Source: Myxococcales bacterium
Lineage (GTDB): Bacteria > Desulfobacterota > Binatia > HRBIN30
DNA: 18,600 nucleotides
Assembly (NCBI GenBank): GCA_037445065.1
Contig: JBBILD010000034.1
Coordinates: 1 to 18,600, forward strand
Direction of reading: 5' to 3'
Part shown: piece after piece, positions 6,513 through 13,513 of the stretch
Layout of the letters: each line of letters starts with the position of its first letter
Numbering within the stretch: position 1 is the stretch's first letter
Position numbers and translations under genes: made by a program
Notes under the pieces: generated by a model
What the model was told of the DNA's origin: nothing
The model's database searches: none
The model's input: the letters and a program-made list of their open reading frames with translations, nothing else

Positions 6513-7547
6513 ATGAGCAACGAAGAGAAAGACCGAGCCCCGCTGGAGGAGGACGCCCCGTTCGAAGAGATCGCCCCCGAAGTGGACCTCGCCCCGCAGG
6601 AGGAGGTGCTCGAAACCGCGGACGAAGCGGCCCTTGCTCCGGAAGTGTTGCCGCCAGAGGAAGAAGCAGGAGCGGGGGAAGGCGCGGTCGTCCCCTTTGA
6701 TCCGCTGCAGCGCTACTTAGCGGAGATTCGCCGTTACCCGGTCTTGTCGCGGGAGGAGGAGCACGAGCTCGCAGTACGTTACAAAGAGCAGGGCGATGTG
6801 GAGGCGGCGTATCGGTTGGTGACTTCCAACCTGCGCTTGGTGGTCATGATTGCACGCGAGTACCAGCGCGCATTTCATAACCTCCTGGATTTGATTCAGG
6901 AAGGAAACATGGGACTGCTCGAAGCGGTCAAGAACTACGACCCGTACCGCGGCATTCGCTTTCCTTCGTACGCGGTTTGGTGGATTCGCGCTTACATCAT
7001 CCGGTACATCATGAACAACTGGCGCATGGTGAAAATCGGCACCACGCAGGCACAGCGCAAACTGTTCTTCAATTTGCAGAAAGAGAAGGAACGGCTCGAG
7101 CGCGAGGGTTTCAAGCCCACCCCGCAACTGATCGCTCACCGCCTGGACGTCAAGGAGTCGGAAGTCGTGGAAATGGAGCAGCGCCTGTCCGGGCGAGACT
7201 TGTCAGTGGACGCGCCGATCCAGGAGGGCGAAGAGGCCACGTTGCTCGATTTCATTGCGGCGCAAGGGGGCAACGCGGAGCAGCTGGTGGCTGACGCCGA
7301 GGCGCGCGAGCTGCTCAAGCGCAAGATCGAGGAGTTCGGTAAGACCCTGACTGGAAAAGAAAAGGTGATTTTCGACGAGCGGCTGATGGCGGAAAACCCG
7401 CTGACATTACAGGAAATCGGCGATCGCTACGGAATTAGCCGCGAACGCGTGCGGCAACTCGAGGAGCGGGTCAAGAAAAAGCTCAAGAAGTTCTTGCTCG
7501 AAAGCGCCAAGGACATCGAGGCCGCCGTCGAAGACATCGTGCGCTGA
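6513..7547 (+). CDS. rpoH: RNA polymerase sigma-32 family factor
   Basis: Region 1.2 (DPLQRYLAEI), region 2 (NLRLVV, DLIQEGNMGL, SYAVWWIRAYI), RpoH box-like QRKLFFNL, and region 4 HTH (TLQEIGDRYGISRERVRQLE). Confidence 0.9.
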   Translation: MSNEEKDRAPLEEDAPFEEIAPEVDLAPQEEVLETADEAALAPEVLPPEEEAGAGEGAVVPFDPLQRYLAEIRRYPVLSREEEHELAVRYKEQGDVEAAYRLVTSNLRLVVMIAREYQRAFHNLLDLIQEGNMGLLEAVKNYDPYRGIRFPSYAVWWIRAYIIRYIMNNWRMVKIGTTQAQRKLFFNLQKEKERLEREGFKPTPQLIAHRLDVKESEVVEMEQRLSGRDLSVDAPIQEGEEATLLDFIAAQGGNAEQLVADAEARELLKRKIEEFGKTLTGKEKVIFDERLMAENPLTLQEIGDRYGISRERVRQLEERVKKKLKKFLLESAKDIEAAVEDIVR

Positions 7548-7957
7548 ACCCTGAGCGTCGGCCTTCCGTGCAGACCCGCCTGCGTGCGCAGCAAATGTTG
7601 CCACGGACTGCTGTGGCTACTCGTCGCGCAAGGCAGGCGCCTGCAGGTGCAAGTGTCGAAGCAACGATGCCGCCCTCGCTAAGCGGACGCCCGGCAAGCC
7701 CACGTGGTGCGAACCTGCGACACGGAATGTTGCCGAGGCGTGGCCCCTGGGGCTTGCCTGCGGCGCGACATCGAGGTTGGCGGGGAAGCCTCGTGTCTAC
7801 ATTTCACGATCGGACGCGCCGCTGGCTATTGGCCACCCCTGCTACCGGGGGCTCACGCTGCAAGCGTTGAGGGTGGGAAACAGCCCACTCCGCCGGGAGC
7901 TTGTCTTGGGCCCACGTCTCCCCAATCGAGATGCTCTGGCAGCGGTACTACGCGTGT

Positions 7958-8267
7958 GGCCACAATGGCGCCCCTACATTGCGCAGGGCGCAGCGGTGCC
8001 TGGGCGGGGGCATGCCCTCAGGAAGAGGTTGCAGGGGCACAGCTTGCGCCCGCCCGTGTTCCGGAGAGACCAAATGCCGCAGTGGCACCGCCGGCCCACG
8101 TACGATGCGGTGGGTTGCACCTTTGCCATTCGCAGTCAGCCATTTGCCACTTACCGCTCGCGGCTCGCAACTCGGGGCCCGCCTCTACGGCCGCTGGGCC
8201 GCGTGTGTGCCCCGGTGGGGACGGAGTACCGCGAGTTGGTTGTAGCGGCAGGCCTTGTACCCGCCCG
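7958..8267. repeat. Degenerate GTAG-type REP-like units in both orientations
   Basis: Plus strand: GCAGGGGCACAGCTTGCGCCCGCCCG (8031-8056) and GTAGCGGCAGGCCTTGTACCCGCCCG (8242-8267), 19/26 identical and both preceded by GGTT. Minus strand: GTAGGGGCGCCATTGTGGCC (7977-7958) and GTAGAGGCGGGCCCCG (8188-8173). Confidence 0.55.
8119..8174 (+). repeat. Degenerate tandem heptamer array (8 units)
   Basis: ACCTTTG CCATTCG CAGTCAG CCATTTG CCACTTA CCGCTCG CGGCTCG CAACTCG, in register at a 7-nt period. Confidence 0.6.
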
Positions 8268-8543
8268 CGCCCACGGGGAGGCGCCAAACGGCCAATCGCA
8301 CTGCGCGCGATGAGGCCGCGGACCGACACCGTTGATGCATCCTAGTGCGGCGCTGTCGCATCACGAGCGGCTGCAAGCGTGGGCCGCGAGCGAAACGAGC
8401 GAAACTGGCTGCGCAGATCCCCCCAGGTAGCGGTTGGCCGGCCTGGTTCGGCAGGGGTTCTCCGATGGGCACCGGGTGGGGGCTCGGTATTCCTCGGTAG
8501 CCAGGACCGGGTTATTCTGCGGAGACCATCCGTGTACTTGGAG

Positions 8544-8575
8544 AGCCCGGGCCCCGCACCCGGGCTTGGTTGCTT
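8544..8575 (+). terminator. Possible intrinsic terminator or insulating hairpin
   Basis: AGCCCGGG-CCCCGCA-CCCGGGCT (8544-8566) forms an 8-bp stem, followed by an interrupted T-rich tail TGGTTGCTT. Confidence 0.35.
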
Positions 8576-8598
8576 GGTTGGCAGGCTGCCACTATAAG
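8570..8598 (+). promoter_or_regulatory. Candidate sigma70 promoter of the TPP-enzyme operon
   Basis: TTGCTT (8570-8575), 17 nt spacer, TATAAG (8593-8598), followed by AAAGGA/GAGAGG SD-like sequence and ATG 8623. Confidence 0.55.
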
Positions 8599-8622
8599 CC
8601 GCGCGCGAAAGGACCGAGAGGT

Positions 8623-10272
8623 ATGGCGGAAATCCACGGTGGACGAGTTGTGGCCAAAGCACTGCGCGCCGAAAACGTGCCGTACATTTTCACCTTGTGT
8701 GGCGGCCACGTGATGCCGATTTACGATGGCTGCGTTGACGAAGGCATTCGCGTCATTGACGTACGGCACGAGCAAACAGCAGCTCATGCGGCCGACGGCT
8801 GGGCGAGGGTGACCGGCCAGCCGGGCGTGGCAGTGGTAACGGCGGGGCCAGGACTCACGGATGCGGTAACTGGGGTCGCGAGTGCGCACCGCGCGAACGT
8901 GCCGATGATCATCATTGGCGGGCAGGGGCCGCGCCCCTTTGCCGACATGGGCTCTCTGCAAGACATGAATCACGTGGATCTGATGCGCCCGATCACAAAG
9001 TGGTCCGTTTCCGTTCCCGAGGGTCGGCGGCTGGCCGAATACGTCGCCATGGCGTTTCGGATCGCCACCACCGGCGTGCCGGGGCCGGTATTTCTCGAAA
9101 TGCCGATCGATCAACTGTTCCAAACCTACGACGAGAGCCGGCTCCTATTTCCGCAAAAGTACCGCACCGAGGCGGGTATCGCCGGTGACCCACGTTATGT
9201 GGAGCGCGCCTTTGCGCTCATGAAAACGGCCGAGCGGCCGGTGATCTTGGTCGGTTCGCAGCTTCGCTGGTCGCGGCGGCGCGAGGCGTACCTGCGATTC
9301 GTGGAAACCTTCGGCATGCCGGTGTACGTGAACGGCCTAGGCCGCGGTTCGCTGCCCCCGGATCATCCTTATTTCTTTTCGCAAACGCGCAAGGATGCAT
9401 TGCGTCAGGCCGACGTTGTCCTCATTTTCGGCACGCCGTTGGACTTTCGGCTCGGTTACGGCCGCGAGACCCATTTCAACCCTGAAGCCAAGGTCATCCA
9501 AGTGGACTTGGATGGCGCCGAAATTGGCCGCAACCGCCCGATCGAAGTAGGCATCGTGGGGGACACGGGGCTGGTCATGGAGCAGCTCACGCAGTTGGCA
9601 GAGGCGGAGCGGTTCGACCGCGGCCTGATCGAGCCCTGGGTCCGCGAGTTACGCCGGCGCGAACAAGAAAAGTGGGAACGCATGCGCCCGGAACTCGAGT
9701 CGGATGCGGTACCGATCAATCCTTTACGCGCGTGCAAGGAAATCGCCGACGCGGTCGGCAAAAACGTGATCGCGATCGGTGACGGCGGAGACTTTGTCGC
9801 CACTGCCGCTTCGATTTTGCGCATTTACGAACAGGGCCACTGGCTCGACCCAGGGCCTCTGGGTACGCTCGGCGTTGGCCCTGGTTACGCCATGGCGGCA
9901 AAGCTCGCCAAGCCGGATCACCCAGTGGTGATCATTTACGGCGATGGTTCCTTTGGCCTGCACGCGATGGAATTCGAGGCCATGGTGAGGCAAAAGATTC
10001 CGGTGGTGGGGATCATCGGCAACGATGCCGCGTGGCAGCAAATTCGGCGCGGCCAGGTGCAGTTGTACGGCCGCGAGCGCGCGGTTGCGACGGCGCTGGA
10101 TTACACGCACTACGAGCGGGTCGTCGAAGCGCTCGGGGGCCACGGGGAGTACTGCGAACGTCCGGAAGAAATTCGGCCTGCGGTGGAGCGTGCCCTTGCC
10201 TGCGGCAAGCCTGCGGTGGTGAACATCAAGATCGGCACCAGCGAATTCCGCAAAGACGCGATTTCGATCTAG
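8623..10272 (+). CDS. Thiamine pyrophosphate-dependent enzyme, acetolactate synthase-like / 2-hydroxyacyl-CoA lyase (IlvBL/HACL) type, 549 aa
   Basis: FTLCGGH, catalytic RHEQ, TAGPG, WLDPGPLGTLGVG, and TPP motif GDGSFG…GND. Start placed at ATG 8623 (MAEIHGG) after the SD, not at 8434. Confidence 0.9.
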   Translation: MAEIHGGRVVAKALRAENVPYIFTLCGGHVMPIYDGCVDEGIRVIDVRHEQTAAHAADGWARVTGQPGVAVVTAGPGLTDAVTGVASAHRANVPMIIIGGQGPRPFADMGSLQDMNHVDLMRPITKWSVSVPEGRRLAEYVAMAFRIATTGVPGPVFLEMPIDQLFQTYDESRLLFPQKYRTEAGIAGDPRYVERAFALMKTAERPVILVGSQLRWSRRREAYLRFVETFGMPVYVNGLGRGSLPPDHPYFFSQTRKDALRQADVVLIFGTPLDFRLGYGRETHFNPEAKVIQVDLDGAEIGRNRPIEVGIVGDTGLVMEQLTQLAEAERFDRGLIEPWVRELRRREQEKWERMRPELESDAVPINPLRACKEIADAVGKNVIAIGDGGDFVATAASILRIYEQGHWLDPGPLGTLGVGPGYAMAAKLAKPDHPVVIIYGDGSFGLHAMEFEAMVRQKIPVVGIIGNDAAWQQIRRGQVQLYGRERAVATALDYTHYERVVEALGGHGEYCERPEEIRPAVERALACGKPAVVNIKIGTSEFRKDAISI

Positions 10273-10313
10273 CCCCCTTGTCAGGCTGCACCGCCCGGCA
10301 GTAAGGAAGTCGT

Positions 10314-11045
10314 GTGGCAGAACCCACTGCAGCCGCCATCGTCATTGGCAACGAAATCCTCTCGGGGAAAATCACCGACACCAACTCCGCCTTTTTGGCG
10401 CGAGAACTCCGTGCTCTCGGTGTGAGTTTGCAACGTATCTTGGTGGTGCCGGACGAAGTGGAAACGATTGCGGACGCGGTACGCGCGTTTCACCCGGCGT
10501 TCGATTACCTGTTTACCTCTGGCGGGGTGGGGCCGACGCACGATGACGTAACCATGGCCGGGGTCGCCGCTGGTCTCGGCCTGGAGGTGGTGCGCCATCC
10601 AGTGCTGGAGGAGCAGATTCGCCGCTACGTAGGCGGCGAACTCACTAAGGCGCAGGCGAAAATGGCGGAAGTGCCGGCAGGTGCTGAACTGGTGACCGGC
10701 GAGGACCATGCATTTCCGGTGGTGCGGGTGCGCAACGTGTACATCCTGCCGGGAATCCCAGAGCTTTTCCAGCGGAAGTTCTTGTCCTTGCGCAGCCGCT
10801 TTGCGGCGCGCCCGTTCCACCTGCGCGTGATTTATCTGCGCGGGGCAGAGAGCATGTTCGTCCCGTTTCTCGACGAGACGCTGGCGGCGTTCCCGGCCTT
10901 GATGGTGGGCTCGTACCCAAAGTGGGACGACCCGGAGTACCACGTGCGGATCACACTCGAGTCGAAAGACAGGGAGTATTTGGAGCGCGCCTTCTCGTAT
11001 CTCATGGCGCAATTACCAAAGGAGCAAGTGGTTCGGACGGAGTGA
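10314..11045 (+). CDS. Stand-alone COG1058 / CinA N-terminal (molybdopterin-binding-fold) protein, probable ADP-ribose/FAD pyrophosphatase
   Basis: IGNEILSGKITDTN, TSGGVGPTHDDVT and LPGIP motifs. No PncC domain is fused. GTG start with AAGGAAG SD. Confidence 0.85.
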   Translation: MAEPTAAAIVIGNEILSGKITDTNSAFLARELRALGVSLQRILVVPDEVETIADAVRAFHPAFDYLFTSGGVGPTHDDVTMAGVAAGLGLEVVRHPVLEEQIRRYVGGELTKAQAKMAEVPAGAELVTGEDHAFPVVRVRNVYILPGIPELFQRKFLSLRSRFAARPFHLRVIYLRGAESMFVPFLDETLAAFPALMVGSYPKWDDPEYHVRITLESKDREYLERAFSYLMAQLPKEQVVRTE

Positions 11046-11081
11046 GAGGGCTTGTTCGGAGGGGGCGGAAGGAGAGGTTTT

Positions 11082-11435
11082 ATGCGCAGGTGGTGGCAAG
11101 GAGTGGCATTGGCCTTGGCGCTCAGTGTGGTCGCGGCAACAGCTCGCGCGGAGGATGACTTTTTGTCCGACCTGGGCTGGGGCACGCTCGCAGTGCTGAC
11201 CAACGTCGTGTACGTACCGGCAAAGTTAGCGTGGGCTGGTGTAGGCGGCATAACCGGGTCGCTTGCGTATCTCGTCACCCTGGGAGACGCGCGAACCGCA
11301 AAAAGGATTTGGCAGCCGACGTTGGGTGGTACGTATGTGCTCACACCTGCCATCCTCAAAGGTGAGGAACCTTTGATCTTTAGTCCGCAAGAGGAGCCAC
11401 CGCGCATTCGGCGCCGGAAGCTCGAAGAACGATGA
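11082..11435 (+). CDS. Hypothetical exported/membrane protein (117 aa)
   Basis: Signal peptide MRRWWQGVALALALSVVAATARA with an AxA cleavage site and GGAGAGG SD. Stop overlaps the next start (ATGA). Confidence 0.75.
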   Translation: MRRWWQGVALALALSVVAATARAEDDFLSDLGWGTLAVLTNVVYVPAKLAWAGVGGITGSLAYLVTLGDARTAKRIWQPTLGGTYVLTPAILKGEEPLIFSPQEEPPRIRRRKLEER

Positions 11436-12034
11436 AGCGCTGGGGTGCGGTCGCTGCCGTTCTGGCCGCTACGCTGATCGTTGCAGCGGTTGTCTACCAG
11501 GTGCGCCTGCGTCGGGAAGCGGCCAAGTGGAGTGGGCCGCTGCGCGAAATTCAGGAAGAAAAGATCGAACATGAAGACGGAGTGACCCGGAGCCGCTTCG
11601 TGGCGATTTTGCCTGCACCGGTGGACCGCGTGGAAGAGGTGGTGTGGCAGGTAGAGCGCTTGCAGGAGGTGGTGCCGAACTTCAAGATTTCACGGTTGCT
11701 CGAGGCGCAAGGGGCGCGCAAGCGGCTGGAAATCGGCATCCAAGCGCTGAACTTACCGCTGTTGCGGTACGAGATGGAGTTCACGCGCCATCCCGGAGAG
11801 CACCGGGTAACGTTTCGGACGATCAAATCACAGGCTCAGGAAATCGAGGGCGAGTATCGTTTGGAGCCCTCGCCCGATGGAACCAAAACGAGGGTGGTTT
11901 ACTCCACAGTCGCGCGCGAGAAGGTAGCATTGCCTTTCCCCCGCTTGGTGTTGGACAGTGCCGGGCGTGAGACCTTCGTCAATACCGTGCGGGGAATCGA
12001 GAAATTGTTGCAGCAGCCAGCACCTGCAGCTTGA
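11432..12034 (+). CDS. SRPBCC (START/polyketide cyclase-like) family protein with N-terminal membrane anchor
   Basis: APVDRVEEVVW..E.L.EVVP pattern, EGEYRLEP..DG.KTRVVY and a C-terminal helix. Hydrophobic N-terminus. Confidence 0.7.
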   Translation: MKRWGAVAAVLAATLIVAAVVYQVRLRREAAKWSGPLREIQEEKIEHEDGVTRSRFVAILPAPVDRVEEVVWQVERLQEVVPNFKISRLLEAQGARKRLEIGIQALNLPLLRYEMEFTRHPGEHRVTFRTIKSQAQEIEGEYRLEPSPDGTKTRVVYSTVAREKVALPFPRLVLDSAGRETFVNTVRGIEKLLQQPAPAA

Positions 12035-12046
12035 CTCCGGCAAGCG

Positions 12047-12628
12047 ATGAAGCGGCCGCAGGAAGCACGCTTCGTGGCGGCAGCAGCGACGGTGGAGCAG
12101 GTGCCGCACTTACCGTACCCGGAGGTGGCGTTTGCTGGCCGCTCGAACGTGGGCAAGTCGTCGTTACTCAACGCGCTGGTGGGTCATCGCAAGCTCGCGC
12201 GGGTGAGCAAAACGCCGGGGCGCACGCAGCAAATTGTCTTTTTCGTGATTGACCAACGCCTGACCTTCGTAGACCTGCCTGGCTACGGGTACGCGAAAGT
12301 GCCGGAGCCGATGCGGCGCGGCTGGCAGCAGTTGGTGGAAGGTTATTTGCAAAACCGGCGCCAGCTCCGCTTGGTGGTCCTGCTCGTGGATGTGCGGCGT
12401 GGCTTGGAAGAAGAAGAGTCCGCCTTGCTCGATTGGTTGGAACACGCAGGGGTGCCAGTAGTGCTCGCGGTGACGAAAGTGGACAAGGCCTCACAACGGG
12501 AACTGGCGCATTGCCGCCGCTCGGTGCAAGAGCACGGGCGCGGACTGCCGGTCGTGTGGACCTCTGCGGTGGGTGGTTCCGGTATGGCCGAACTTTGGAG
12601 GTTGATCCGCGAGCGCTGCGGCGCCTGA
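12047..12628 (+). CDS. engB: Ribosome biogenesis GTP-binding protein YihA/YsxC
   Basis: G1 GRSNVGKSS, SKTPGRTQ, G3 DLPGYGYA, G4 TKVDK. Confidence 0.93.
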   Translation: MKRPQEARFVAAAATVEQVPHLPYPEVAFAGRSNVGKSSLLNALVGHRKLARVSKTPGRTQQIVFFVIDQRLTFVDLPGYGYAKVPEPMRRGWQQLVEGYLQNRRQLRLVVLLVDVRRGLEEEESALLDWLEHAGVPVVLAVTKVDKASQRELAHCRRSVQEHGRGLPVVWTSAVGGSGMAELWRLIRERCGA

Positions 12629-12689
12629 CTCGGTCCAGCGCGCGGGGCTTTATTGCGCCCGCCGGACTCCCTGCTAGGTAGCCGCCTCC

Positions 12690-13430
12690 ATGGCGGCGTT
12701 TTGGATCGGCACCACGGGCTACGCGCACGCGGAGTGGCGAGGGAGCTTTTACCCACTGGGGTTGCAAGACGGGCAGGAGCTGGCAGTGTACGCGCAGCGG
12801 TTTGATACTGTAGAGATCAACTCGAGCGCGTCTCGGCCGCCGAGCATGCGCCAGATGCAAAGCTGGGTCCGGGAAACCCCTGCGCATTTCCGCTTTGCAT
12901 TGAAGGCGCCCCGTGCCATCACCCACGAGCTCCGCTTGCTGGATGCGGGAGAATTGGTGAGCGAGTTTTGCGCGTCGTTGCGGCCTCTCCAGCAGCGGCT
13001 GGGGCCATTGCTGATTCAGCTCCCGCCGTATCAGAAGCGGGACTTGCCCCGGCTCGAAGACTTTTTGCATCAACTGCCCCAGAATGTTCGCTACGCGCTC
13101 GAGTTTCGCCATGCGAGTTGGTTTACCGATTTGGTGTTCGACACACTGCGCCGCTTCGGTGTGGCACTGTGCGTGGCAGAGCGCGAGGAGCTGGTGACGC
13201 CGTTCGTGATTACAGCACCGTTCCTGTACTTGCGGCTGCGCGGCCGGTCGTACCCGGTCGAAGAACTCGCGCGCTGGCGAGACCGGCTGCTCGCTGCGCT
13301 GCCGCAAGCAACGGATTGTTTCGTGTACTTCAAACTGCCCGCAGCTGTGGAAACCCTGGAGGTTGCGACCCGTTTTGCGGGCTTGCTTGCGGAAGAACGC
13401 AACCCCGCCCTTTGTGGTGACCAGGGCTAG
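12690..13430 (+). CDS. DUF72 (YecE-like) domain protein
   Basis: IGTTGY…W.GSFYP, FDTVEIN, F.FALKAPR.ITH, LGPLLIQLPP, ALEFRH.SW, YLRLRG. Confidence 0.88.
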   Translation: MAAFWIGTTGYAHAEWRGSFYPLGLQDGQELAVYAQRFDTVEINSSASRPPSMRQMQSWVRETPAHFRFALKAPRAITHELRLLDAGELVSEFCASLRPLQQRLGPLLIQLPPYQKRDLPRLEDFLHQLPQNVRYALEFRHASWFTDLVFDTLRRFGVALCVAEREELVTPFVITAPFLYLRLRGRSYPVEELARWRDRLLAALPQATDCFVYFKLPAAVETLEVATRFAGLLAEERNPALCGDQG

Positions 13431-13513
13431 GGTCAACGAACTGCGGACCGGAAAGGGAGGCCCTGGGCCGGGGTGGCAGAGTCGCTGTTGCTGGGGAGCC
13501 GGGCAGAGCAGCA

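Noticed and set aside
7704..8345. ORFs 7704-8345, 7777-8313 and 7901-8245 as genes
   Set aside because: Three overlapping frames are open, as expected in GC-rich repeat DNA. No motifs, weak starts, and they run through REP-like and heptamer repeats. Not fully excluded.
8340..8622. TPP riboswitch upstream of the TPP-dependent enzyme
   Set aside because: The hallmark CTGAGA and ACCTGA…GNAGGGA elements are absent, and the candidate promoter lies only about 25 nt from the start codon.
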